Shown here one piece after another: positions 48,771 through 57,677 of a DNA stretch of 64,000 nucleotides. The stretch lies in IMG/VR virus record IMGVR_UViG_3300025728_000008, positions 95,413 through 159,412 of that record; one strand, 5' to 3'. The stretch comes from a virus. The notes beneath the pieces were generated by a model. It saw nothing but the letters and a program-made list of their open reading frames with translations. It was not told the DNA's origin and did no database searches. Each line of letters opens with the position of its first letter. The stretch's first letter is position 1. The translations under genes were made by a program, and so were the position numbers.

Positions 48771-50081
48771 CTATTCGTCTTTTTCACTATATCGAATATC
48801 TTCAAGCCCTTTGTCATGGCGAATGCCTTTAAATGTTGGGAAGCGCATTGAAGGTCTACCTGTCTTCTCATCTTTTGTTTCCTCAAAATAGCGCACTTCA
48901 ATAATCTTTCCAATGATTGCATCTGGATTGTCAATGTATTCTCTACGTTCTGGAATACTAAATCCAGAGCCAACGCCTACCAAATTACCTCTAAATTCTA
49001 CATTGACTCGACCCATTAACCCTACAAACTGTCCGTCAATTGCTTTCTCTACACTTACAACAACTAAATCTCCACTATCAAACTCTTTATATTTCAATAA
49101 GTTTGCTGTACGAGTAGCTGTGTATAATCCATTTGCAGTGTTGACCATAACTCCTTCATGTAAATTCTCGATTGCCCATGAAGCATAATGAGTTATCATT
49201 TGTTTGTTTGTTCCTGCATATAATACTGGTAACACGAAAATGTTTTTAGTGTCTAAAGTGTGTTGATTAAGGATGTCTAATTTTGCTCTGCGTTTCTCAT
49301 ATGTAAGCTTAGACTTTCCTTCTTCAAATTCTGCAATTGGTAATACATCAAAGATATGAAAATCTAAATTTAACTTTTCTCCTTTTGTTCCTACTACTTT
49401 TTGAGTGGCTTGGAATAATTCTTTTGATGATAATTGTTCTTCATTAATCAATAACAATTCTCCATCATATACATAACCAGATGGTAATTTTAAGAATTGT
49501 TCTTCTAGTTCTGTCATGCCTAAAATTGGTTTACCTTTACGAGTATAGAATTTTACTTCATTACCTTTACGTATAGCGATACAACGATTACCATCAAGTT
49601 TTAAAGTGATGAAAAATTTACCTTTAACCTTGTGACTATGCTTCTCAAATTCATGTGCAAGCATTACATCAAATACAGGGATTGAGCCTTTGCCAAATAC
49701 TTTATTAACTGTCTTAGCAGAGATTCCTAGTTTTAAATCTTTTGTAACTACTTTCTTAATAAAGTCTTCATACTTGTCATCTTGCTTTTCAATATATCCT
49801 CTTACAGACAAGACATCCATATCTCTGCCAGTGTTGTTAAGTTTTACATATGATAACAAAGCATCAAATGTAATTGGTATAAGAGTCATTTCTGGTTTTG
49901 TCTTAATTTTTTTATTCATTTTCTTTGTTGAAATACCTGTTGTAATAAATGTATTAAGTAGGAAGTCAAGGGCGTTAAAGATATCTTTATCGCCCTTATA
50001 CTTTGCTAACTCTTGCTCTTTTGCAGTACTTCCACTTAATCCTTGAATTGCAGTCAATGCATTATAAACTTTTTCTAACAT
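48771..50081 (-). CDS. lig: ATP-dependent DNA ligase
   Basis: MLA, KLDGNR, YDGEL, IFDV, EGVM, LLKYKEF, VGSGFS, RFPTF. Confidence 0.92.
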   Translation of the reverse strand: MLEKVYNALTAIQGLSGSTAKEQELAKYKGDKDIFNALDFLLNTFITTGISTKKMNKKIKTKPEMTLIPITFDALLSYVKLNNTGRDMDVLSVRGYIEKQDDKYEDFIKKVVTKDLKLGISAKTVNKVFGKGSIPVFDVMLAHEFEKHSHKVKGKFFITLKLDGNRCIAIRKGNEVKFYTRKGKPILGMTELEEQFLKLPSGYVYDGELLLINEEQLSSKELFQATQKVVGTKGEKLNLDFHIFDVLPIAEFEEGKSKLTYEKRRAKLDILNQHTLDTKNIFVLPVLYAGTNKQMITHYASWAIENLHEGVMVNTANGLYTATRTANLLKYKEFDSGDLVVVSVEKAIDGQFVGLMGRVNVEFRGNLVGVGSGFSIPERREYIDNPDAIIGKIIEVRYFEETKDEKTGRPSMRFPTFKGIRHDKGLEDIRYSEKDE

Positions 50082-50094
50082 TTAAAACTCTCCC

Positions 50095-50718
50095 TTATCG
50101 TTTTCTTTTAGATACTAATAACTCATCAACTAACCCATAATGGAATGCTTCTGTAGCAGGAATGTACCAGTCTTTACGCATATTCTTGTGTTCCTCCATT
50201 TTGTGTAAAGGCATATTTGTGTGAGCTAAGATATATGAGTCAACAGTTTCCTGTAAAGTTTCAGACTGTTCAACAGCATATAACAACCCTTTTAAATCAT
50301 TATGCGTACCAAGAATAATCTGGTGGTACATGAATGTTGCTAATGGGTGCGCAAAACGCTTATGACCAGATGCAAAGATGATGAATCCCATGCTCATTGC
50401 TTTGCTGTAGCAGTATGTATGTACTGGTGTTTCAGAGGAATCAATGGCAGATACAATACCTAGACCGTCATACACACTCCCACCATATGTTCCTACTACT
50501 ACTGTAATTGGTTCTGGTGTGTAGTTAGGGTCTTCCTTTGACTTTTTAGCATCATGTTTATTTACAGCTAAGATGCCTGTAATGATTTCTTTTACAGAAG
50601 CTTCTGTTACATTTTCATTTAAAATGAAGTCTCGTTTAAGTACTGGAGTTACTGGTTTAACTTCTACTCCTACTGCTTTAACTTCTTGGTTTTTGATTTC
50701 ATTAGTATTGTTTGTCAT
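50095..50718 (-). CDS. clpP: ClpP-family protease, copy 2
   Basis: TYGGSVYDGL, AMSMG (Ser), FMYHQ (His), DWY..A.EA..YGLVD. Confidence 0.85.
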   Translation of the reverse strand: MTNNTNEIKNQEVKAVGVEVKPVTPVLKRDFILNENVTEASVKEIITGILAVNKHDAKKSKEDPNYTPEPITVVVGTYGGSVYDGLGIVSAIDSSETPVHTYCYSKAMSMGFIIFASGHKRFAHPLATFMYHQIILGTHNDLKGLLYAVEQSETLQETVDSYILAHTNMPLHKMEEHKNMRKDWYIPATEAFHYGLVDELLVSKRKR

Positions 50719-50752
50719 TGTACATTCCCCTTTTCTTTGTTTGTTGTTTTAA

Positions 50753-50884
50753 TTACTCTTCATCACTAATGTTTAACAATTTTTCTGAAACATTTTCTCT
50801 GTGAATAAGTATTTCCTCATCCCAAATTACTTGATATACTTCAACAAAGATTTCTCCATCTATATATTTAAATTCAACTTTCAT
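50753..50884 (-). CDS. Small acidic protein (43 aa, not in ORF track)
   Basis: RBS AGGAGG; MKVEFKYIDGEIFVEVYQVIWDEE... Confidence 0.55.
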   Translation of the reverse strand: MKVEFKYIDGEIFVEVYQVIWDEEILIHRENVSEKLLNISDEE

Positions 50885-50896
50885 TATTATAACCTC

Positions 50897-51874
50897 CTAG
50901 TGTGCTAATGTATCTGCATTACGTAGAAACTCTAACTTATCAAACATCTCTTGCCCAACATATCCAACTAATTTATCTCGACTAGCTTTTGGGTCAAGTA
51001 GATACATATGAAACTGAATCAGTAGCGTTGCTTTTCTGATAGTTTCTACATCAAAGTTAAGTCTTCGCATTACATGGATTGCAAGCTGTGCAGAAACATG
51101 GTCATGACCAATGAAGTTTGCATATCTTACTTTCTCACCTTTACGATTGTAAAAGCTTTTACAGAAATATTTTCCTGTATCATGAAGCAGTGCAACCCAA
51201 AGCATTAATTCTCTATCGTGTTCATGGTAATTATCAAACACTTCTTTGTAAACATAGTATGTATGTCGGCTTACTGAAAAGCTATGGTATGTAGAATCTT
51301 GTGCAAGATTTAAAATATCTTTAAACTCTCTAAAATAGAGTGCTAGTTTATCCATAATCTCATCTTCGTAAGGATTAGTTAAGACCATCCCTCGAATATT
51401 TTCCGATATTGATTCTGGAAGTTTAGCTATTTTAGGAGTGATGATTTGAATTGTATCCCAACCTTCGCTGTAAATTGGTACTTGAAGATTTTTATACATT
51501 CGGTCAATAACTTCTGGTGGTACAACTCGTGCTCTGTTTAAGTTCTGATATTTGATTACATCTAGTTCTGGTGCAACGTAGACAACTAATTTCCCAATAT
51601 TCTTAGGAAGTTGTTGTAATAGTCCTCTACGTCTTTTTCTAGAAATATTTGTAGCATCATAGATTACATCTTTACCTTCTTTTAAAGCTTCTTTAGTTCT
51701 ATTTGCCATTTCAACAAATACATCAGAGTTCTTTTCTTGGTTATTTTCATCTCCAAGAAGTTCTGCTCTAATTGCATCAGAAGAAAGATACACTGCATCT
51801 CCTACTGCTAAACTAGTTCCAAGAGTAGATTTTCCTGCTCCTGCAATTCCTACTAACATTACAAATTGTGTCAT
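50897..51874 (-). CDS. Polynucleotide kinase (AAA_33 P-loop) fused to an HD phosphohydrolase
   Basis: GIAGAGKST, SSD.IR, DATN..R..R; C-terminal HT...LLHDTGK...GH...HM...AD. Confidence 0.82.
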   Translation of the reverse strand: MTQFVMLVGIAGAGKSTLGTSLAVGDAVYLSSDAIRAELLGDENNQEKNSDVFVEMANRTKEALKEGKDVIYDATNISRKRRRGLLQQLPKNIGKLVVYVAPELDVIKYQNLNRARVVPPEVIDRMYKNLQVPIYSEGWDTIQIITPKIAKLPESISENIRGMVLTNPYEDEIMDKLALYFREFKDILNLAQDSTYHSFSVSRHTYYVYKEVFDNYHEHDRELMLWVALLHDTGKYFCKSFYNRKGEKVRYANFIGHDHVSAQLAIHVMRRLNFDVETIRKATLLIQFHMYLLDPKASRDKLVGYVGQEMFDKLEFLRNADTLAH

Positions 51875-53019
51875 TCAATTACCTCCAGATAATTTTTATA
51901 GTCTTTAGCAATTTGCTTTCTTACTTCCATTTCATTAATACCTTTAAAATCAAACGCTCCAAAAACAAACCCTCTTTGACTCTTATCAATCTCTTTATTT
52001 ATGTATACAGCTAAAACTTTACGTGCTTCTCGATATGTATTATGTAATTGCATCATGCTAATAGCCAATACTGCATCTAATCTTTTACCAAATGTTTCTA
52101 ATTCATCTCTAAACTCTTCTGGCATTTTAAAGATTAGACCGTCTAAATCTCCTGTAGCCCATGCTTCAAATTTAGCCTTTGTAGACAATCCATATGTAAT
52201 TCTGTGGACAGTCATATATTCATCACCTTTAACTTTGACTCGTTTATCTCCATATCGCAAAATCCAACCTTCTTCATTTGCAGATATTTCTTTTTTCATT
52301 TCCAACATCTTTTCTAGAGTTAAATCAAATTGTCTTGCAACTTTCATGTCTAATTCAAATCCTAGTTCTGTTACATATTCATAATCGTAATCTGCAAATC
52401 CTGTACCATGACTGTCTTGGAATATTGATATAGCACCCAATAAGATTAAATCTCTGACACCTCCATAATCAACAACCACACGATTAGATGGATAAATTAT
52501 TTCTACTAAGTATGTAATAGGACACGCTTTATATGTAAACCAAGAAAATGAGTCTGCATAATTTCTTTGCCATATCTTAGTGGCTTCAATAGCCTGTTCA
52601 GAGATGAAACTTCCACGAGTTGCAAATCTTATTTCATCTTTAAAGAAGTAAGAGATTCCTAGTGAGCCATCCATCTTCTCCATTACTACAGGTGTTTGAG
52701 TGAAATCAATATCTTCTTGATAATCAAGATTCTCACCATAGTTGAAGAATTTTTCAAATGGTTTTGCTAATATATAGATTATACCATTATCATTTGCTTC
52801 TGTCAAGTCTAAAATCAACCCTCTAGCACTCATTGTTTCATTGTTCCAACGTCTTTCAAATGTTGTTAACTCTGTATAGTTTAAGATTACTATGTTCTCA
52901 TCTTCTGGATGTTTATTGATTTTTATATATCCATTAATTGATTCTGCAACATACTTTAAGTAATCTTCTTGCTTCATTGTATGCAACTTACTATAAACAG
53001 CTTTTTTCAATTCGCTCAT
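51871..53019 (-). CDS. RNA ligase 1 (T4 RnlA family)
   Basis: ARGLI, KPFEKFFN, EKMDGSL, ATRGSF, EII, EGW, VKVKG..Y. Confidence 0.88.
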   Translation of the reverse strand: MSELKKAVYSKLHTMKQEDYLKYVAESINGYIKINKHPEDENIVILNYTELTTFERRWNNETMSARGLILDLTEANDNGIIYILAKPFEKFFNYGENLDYQEDIDFTQTPVVMEKMDGSLGISYFFKDEIRFATRGSFISEQAIEATKIWQRNYADSFSWFTYKACPITYLVEIIYPSNRVVVDYGGVRDLILLGAISIFQDSHGTGFADYDYEYVTELGFELDMKVARQFDLTLEKMLEMKKEISANEEGWILRYGDKRVKVKGDEYMTVHRITYGLSTKAKFEAWATGDLDGLIFKMPEEFRDELETFGKRLDAVLAISMMQLHNTYREARKVLAVYINKEIDKSQRGFVFGAFDFKGINEMEVRKQIAKDYKNYLEVIE

Positions 53020-53048
53020 TCAATCATCTCCCTTAACTTTGTATTATC

Positions 53049-53077
53049 ATTATATCATTATTTTTTGTTTTCGTCAA
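53049..53077 (-). promoter_or_regulatory. sigmaA promoter (TAATGA family)
   Basis: TTGACG-17 bp ending AATAATGA-TATAAT. Confidence 0.8.
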
Positions 53078-53129
53078 CACTTATTTGCAATATTTTTTTA
53101 TATTGCTAGAACAATTGGATTAGAATAAT

Positions 53130-53987
53130 CTAATCCAATAATTTTGATAAGTCCATTACTCCATAACCATAATCATATCTATGGTCTCCTAAAGACATTA
53201 TTTTCTCTTTAACTTGTTTGTTATTAAGCTCAATACCTTTTTTACGATTGTGAGATATTAATAAAGCAATAGCTCCTGCTACGATAGGGGAAGCCATAGA
53301 TGTTCCAGACATGAGTGCATATTTCCCGTCTTTAAACGTACTAAAGATATCTAAAGCAGGTGCAGTTACATCTACTTGTTTTCCTCTGTTTGAGAATGAT
53401 AAATGTTTCAATTCTGAATCCACTCCGCCAACAGCAATTACTTCATTCATAAAAGCAGGATAATCTGGTTCTGGTAATCCCATGTTTCCTACAGCACATA
53501 CAATTGTAATTCCTTTTGCATATGCATCATGAAGACGTTGTTCTAAGTGTAAAGGAAGCCCTCCACGAATACCTAGACTCATACATAATATATCTACCTC
53601 AAAATTCATTGCTAATGTGATACCATCCAAAACAGAAGCCATAGTACCATCACCATTTTCATTTAATACTTTTGCAACGTAAAGGTCAACATCTGGTGCG
53701 ACCCCTGTTTTATTACCTGCAATTAATCCTGCAACATGTGTTCCATGACCATAATCATCTTTAATGTCAGTAGTCTTTTTCATCATATCCATACCATATT
53801 TCAATTTACCTTTTAGTTCTGGATGGTCTACATCCATTCCAGTATCAATTACCATTATCTTGACACCTTCACCTTTTGTATACTGCCAAGCATGAGGGGC
53901 ATTGATTGCTTTCAATCCCCAATCTATTTCAAAACCTTCTGGTAATTCATCATACGTCTTTATCTGGTTCTTGTTTTTGTTCATCAT
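53130..53987 (-). CDS. Subtilisin-like serine protease (S8), no signal peptide
   Basis: IDTG, GHGTHVAG, GTSMASP catalytic triad. Confidence 0.92.
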   Translation of the reverse strand: MMNKNKNQIKTYDELPEGFEIDWGLKAINAPHAWQYTKGEGVKIMVIDTGMDVDHPELKGKLKYGMDMMKKTTDIKDDYGHGTHVAGLIAGNKTGVAPDVDLYVAKVLNENGDGTMASVLDGITLAMNFEVDILCMSLGIRGGLPLHLEQRLHDAYAKGITIVCAVGNMGLPEPDYPAFMNEVIAVGGVDSELKHLSFSNRGKQVDVTAPALDIFSTFKDGKYALMSGTSMASPIVAGAIALLISHNRKKGIELNNKQVKEKIMSLGDHRYDYGYGVMDLSKLLD

Positions 53988-54183
53988 AAGAGTCATCCAC
54001 CTTTTTCATTTGTTGCATAATTATGTATTCATGATGCAATATTTCTTTCATTTTTGCACATTTAGGACAATAGATGACATAGACGGGTTGAATGGAATAT
54101 CCAACCCCATCATCTATATCCTTCTTATATGTATGTAATAACTTGTAGTCATGGTTACAAAACCATCTTTTTAAAAATCTCAT
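53950..54183 (-). CDS. Hypothetical protein with Cys/His motif
   Basis: FCNHDY...CPKC. Confidence 0.55.
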   Translation of the reverse strand: MRFLKRWFCNHDYKLLHTYKKDIDDGVGYSIQPVYVIYCPKCAKMKEILHHEYIIMQQMKKVDDSYDEQKQEPDKDV

Positions 54184-54194
54184 TATATACGCTC

Positions 54195-54638
54195 CTATCT
54201 GGCAGTTGTTAGAGCAGAAAGGGATTTACCCAATACTGCAAAGAATGTGACAACTAAAGGTGCGGGATTAGAAGTCAATCCTTTATCAAATGACTTTAAA
54301 TTTTCTTTTAAATTTTGTCCTGCCTGTTCTATGTATGTAGTTTCTTTTACTTGTTCTTGCTTATGTATGGGTTTACTTTCTAACTTGAATTTCATAGTAT
54401 GTAATTCTCTAATCTTGCCATCTTGTTCCACTATGGTTTTCTCCAGACTATGAGTGTACTCAGTCATTTGTTCAATCTTGTTATTTTGTTTATCTACACG
54501 TTTCGCCAAGACATCAACTTTACCCATCAAATTCATTATGTTTGCCAATAGTGCGATTAAGATTCCTAATGTTATAAATATTAATAGTGCTTTGTTGATG
54601 AATTTACGAAACCTGCTTTCACGGTTTCGCTTCTTCAT
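54195..54638 (-). CDS. Membrane-anchored coiled-coil protein
   Basis: Basic N-terminus, TM helix, coiled coil; start moved to the ATG after RBS AAGGG. Confidence 0.55.
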   Translation of the reverse strand: MKKRNRESRFRKFINKALLIFITLGILIALLANIMNLMGKVDVLAKRVDKQNNKIEQMTEYTHSLEKTIVEQDGKIRELHTMKFKLESKPIHKQEQVKETTYIEQAGQNLKENLKSFDKGLTSNPAPLVVTFFAVLGKSLSALTTAR

Positions 54639-54642
54639 ACTA

Positions 54643-55242
54643 TCATCCCTTTCTTCTTTGGTCTGATTCAAGCGGTGCAAGTTCTCTAAGTGTTGATTTG
54701 AATCTGTTATATCGTGGTTGAAACTCATCTTTAATTGTGTCCCAATCATTCATTGACATAACTCTATCATAGTAAAGATTTGCACATTTATAATCAACAA
54801 TTGCTCCATATTTAGCAATCTGAATACCAAACATTACAATTCTAATTGAGTGAAACATGCTTTTCTTACCTATGTATACTTCACCATCATTTAGTTTCTT
54901 TTTGCATTTAACAAAACTGTTTGAAGATTTTGCTGAAATATCTCTTCGTAGTTTCTCTAAATCTAATTCAAAATGTTTTGAATATTCATCATCTGGGTCT
55001 TGGAATATACATTCAAGGTAACTAATGTGATGTTCTTTAATACGTTTGATGAATAAGTGCTCACTAACTACATGGACAGATACATTACCACATTCAAATG
55101 TATAATCAAGTTTTGTATCTTTTGTATCTGCTATTGCCATGAAATCATAATCTGACTTTTCGTTTGCAGTCCCATAAACTCTAGAGCCATATGGATAAAT
55201 TTTAATTATTGGTTCTTTAATTGTGTTTGTAATTTCCCACAT
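54643..55242 (-). CDS. Pol-beta superfamily nucleotidyltransferase
   Basis: YGSRVYGT...SDYD motif plus helical C-domain (K..FH.IR). Confidence 0.8.
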   Translation of the reverse strand: MWEITNTIKEPIIKIYPYGSRVYGTANEKSDYDFMAIADTKDTKLDYTFECGNVSVHVVSEHLFIKRIKEHHISYLECIFQDPDDEYSKHFELDLEKLRRDISAKSSNSFVKCKKKLNDGEVYIGKKSMFHSIRIVMFGIQIAKYGAIVDYKCANLYYDRVMSMNDWDTIKDEFQPRYNRFKSTLRELAPLESDQRRKG

Positions 55243-55263
55243 CTTATCACCTCTTATGTTATT

Positions 55264-55575
55264 TTAAAGAATTACGTCCCAAACTTTACCATCTTCATCT
55301 ATGTATTCAACTACCAATTCGTCTAATGTGTGACATCTCATATCATTCCCAGATGGAATCCATAGCCATTCAGCAGGAAAATCTTCTAGTTCATGACTCC
55401 CACTAAAATTATCTTCAAGGTTTTTTACTTCTGCATAAACCTCTTTATCAAAGTCTTTCTTGCTAAAGTATTCTGTTCGTGTGCTGTAGTCACCATCATT
55501 ATAATCACCTGTGATTGATACTTTAAATTGATTGCGATTGTGGTCTTTCTTTTCAACTAATGTGTATTTTGTCAT
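55264..55575 (-). CDS. Hypothetical protein
   Basis: 103-aa acidic ORF, RBS AGGGAG. Confidence 0.6.
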   Translation of the reverse strand: MTKYTLVEKKDHNRNQFKVSITGDYNDGDYSTRTEYFSKKDFDKEVYAEVKNLEDNFSGSHELEDFPAEWLWIPSGNDMRCHTLDELVVEYIDEDGKVWDVIL

Positions 55576-55606
55576 TTAACATCTCTCCCTTTAACTTGAT
55601 AATCTT

Positions 55607-55635
55607 ATTATATCATTAATTTTTGTGTTTGTAAA
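55607..55635 (-). promoter_or_regulatory. sigmaA promoter (TAATGA family)
   Basis: TTTACA-17 bp ending TAATGA-TATAAT. Confidence 0.7.
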
Positions 55636-55642
55636 CAGTTTT

Positions 55643-56056
55643 TTATAATTTAAAGAAATCTGTTTTTAGAAATGCTACAGGTGAATCAACAATTCTACTA
55701 GTTCTGTCAAATTGTTTTAGATAGTATGCTATCTCTCGTACATCTGCTCTTGATAAATTAATAAGCTTTACATATTCTGGCTTCCCGTCAACACAAACCA
55801 CTGCCCAACTCTCATTACCTCTAGGGTCATGGTCAACAGCTATTTTGAAATTCTTTAAGATAAACTCAATACGATGTCTTAGTTCACTATTAGTTAAGAC
55901 AATGGATTCAGTGTTTGCAACTACTCTATCATATTTCTTAGTTAAGTAAAAATAATCTTCATTAAGTTTTTCATATTTCACTCTTAATATATCATATTCA
56001 TTTTGAAGCTTAGTTATTCCTAACCAATCTCTAATTTTCTTTTTTAACCAATTCAT
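55643..56056 (-). CDS. Hypothetical protein
   Basis: 137-aa ORF, RBS AGGAGG. Confidence 0.6.
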   Translation of the reverse strand: MNWLKKKIRDWLGITKLQNEYDILRVKYEKLNEDYFYLTKKYDRVVANTESIVLTNSELRHRIEFILKNFKIAVDHDPRGNESWAVVCVDGKPEYVKLINLSRADVREIAYYLKQFDRTSRIVDSPVAFLKTDFFKL

Positions 56057-56057
56057 A

Positions 56058-56480
56058 TTAATCCTCCTTTACTATTTTGACTCCATACATTTTCATATTC
56101 TCAAATAAAATATCTTTGTTTTCTAATGGAAACTTAATTACAGCAGTTCCATATTTGCTTTTGCCTAGCACTTCTTTTTGTAGCATTTTTAAGTCCTCAT
56201 AACTATAGCTTTCTGCATATTCATATACAAGGTCAAGTAACTTGCTTCCATCTTGATTAAAGTTTGTACGTGAAAACAGATATTCTTCTGAAACATAATC
56301 AGCTTCGATATTTGCACTTACTTCTGAATGCTTTCCATCAAGACCATGAATGTTTACAGTTCCATCAAAATCATCTTTAATTTCTTCCCATAGTTCAGCA
56401 GGAATAACAAGTTCCTCGTTGTGTTCTGCTCCACTATGGTATCCCTCTGCTTCGAATGATAATAAAACGTATTTACTCAT
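56058..56480 (-). CDS. Hypothetical protein
   Basis: Start at the ATG after RBS AAGGAG. Confidence 0.6.
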   Translation of the reverse strand: MSKYVLLSFEAEGYHSGAEHNEELVIPAELWEEIKDDFDGTVNIHGLDGKHSEVSANIEADYVSEEYLFSRTNFNQDGSKLLDLVYEYAESYSYEDLKMLQKEVLGKSKYGTAVIKFPLENKDILFENMKMYGVKIVKED

Positions 56481-56502
56481 ATAATCGACTCCTTTATTAG
56501 TT

Positions 56503-56522
56503 AATAAAATATGGATTTTATC
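56503..56522. promoter_or_regulatory. Palindromic operator candidate, copy 4
   Basis: AATAAAAT-ATGG-ATTTTATC. Confidence 0.5.
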
Positions 56523-56527
56523 AAGAA

Positions 56528-56560
56528 GAAAGCACAATATATAGTATACATATTGTGCTT
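56528..56560 (-). terminator. Terminator-like hairpin
   Basis: AAGCACAATAT...ATATTGTGCTT then TCTTCTT on the - strand. Confidence 0.55.
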
Positions 56561-56572
56561 ATAATACTACAT

Positions 56573-56845
56573 TTAGACACGACCCTTTTTAATATCCTCT
56601 AAGAAGTCTATATTTGAAAATAAATCTCCATTTATGCTTTTTACCAGAGTTCTAATATCATTATTTAATGCTCTTATGACTTCTTGTGAATTTGCATAAT
56701 AATCATATTTACCTTCTCTATCTTTTTCTACATGAAAGATTCCTCCTGCTAGTTCTACGAAATATGTATTTGCATTATTTTTCAATTGTCTTTCATGAAT
56801 CATTACATCTATTGGTTTACCAGTATATCTATGTAGTTTGCCCAT
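56573..56845 (-). CDS. Hypothetical protein
   Basis: 90-aa ORF. Confidence 0.55.
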   Translation of the reverse strand: MGKLHRYTGKPIDVMIHERQLKNNANTYFVELAGGIFHVEKDREGKYDYYANSQEVIRALNNDIRTLVKSINGDLFSNIDFLEDIKKGRV

Positions 56846-56846
56846 T

Positions 56847-57572
56847 TTACATTACCCCTTTCACTACATTAAATCCCATGCTAATAGCTTCTATTTCATC
56901 AAAACTTTCATCCAAATGCATACAATATACCCGACTTCTCAACGCCTTATCTTCAACAATTAATTCATCTAATTCTCTTAATGATAGATGTACATTACCT
57001 TCATAGTCTGCACCACAAGTATCTTGATACAGTATATCAACCATTCCTGCATTAAACATTTTCAATACTTTCTCTGGGATGATATTTGCATCACCACTAT
57101 AGTAAATTCTTGTATTATGAGTATGAATTACATACCCAAAACAAGACAATTCTTTAACATGCTTTGTTTCAATTGGCATAAATGACATTCCAAAATCTTC
57201 CAAGAAGTTAAGGCTTTCTGTTTCAAATTCTTTTAAATAATATGTACTAGTCTCTACTCCCATATCAAATAGTGTATCAGCAATCATAATCTCACTTGGA
57301 GCAAGTACTGTTACAACTTTCTCTTTAACATTTCCCATACTATAATAACCATAGAAGATTAAATCTCCTAATGACCCTACGTGGTCTGGATGTGTATGTG
57401 TCATCATAACATAAATCTCTTCTACTCCATCTAATAATTTCATGTCCATGATACGATGGAATGTTGAGCTTCCACAATCAATCATAAAGAATTTATTACC
57501 TCTTTTTATGAAAGCTCCATTGTTTCCTAGTTTAGTATTAAAAGCACTTCCTGTTCCAATAAACTCAAACAT
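56847..57572 (-). CDS. Metallo-beta-lactamase-fold hydrolase (RNase Z-like)
   Basis: FIGTGSA, IDCG, THTHPDH, H, YSGD, H, MH. Confidence 0.85.
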   Translation of the reverse strand: MFEFIGTGSAFNTKLGNNGAFIKRGNKFFMIDCGSSTFHRIMDMKLLDGVEEIYVMMTHTHPDHVGSLGDLIFYGYYSMGNVKEKVVTVLAPSEIMIADTLFDMGVETSTYYLKEFETESLNFLEDFGMSFMPIETKHVKELSCFGYVIHTHNTRIYYSGDANIIPEKVLKMFNAGMVDILYQDTCGADYEGNVHLSLRELDELIVEDKALRSRVYCMHLDESFDEIEAISMGFNVVKGVM

Positions 57573-57584
57573 CTAATCTCTCCT

Positions 57585-57674
57585 TTATTGTGATAGTTTC
57601 TCTCCCATTGAAATTCCTAATATCAATCCTACAAAGAAAGATATTAATCCTGTTGCTAGAATTACTTCATCCAT
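57585..57674 (-). CDS. Single-TM peptide (29 aa, not in ORF track)
   Basis: MDEVILATGLISFFVGLILGISMGEKLSQ fills the intergenic gap. Confidence 0.4.
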   Translation of the reverse strand: MDEVILATGLISFFVGLILGISMGEKLSQ

Positions 57675-57677
57675 ATA

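Noticed and set aside
56847-57572. Antibiotic-resistance beta-lactamase
   Set aside because: No signal peptide; GTGSA start and motif layout fit RNase Z-like or phosphodiesterase MBL proteins
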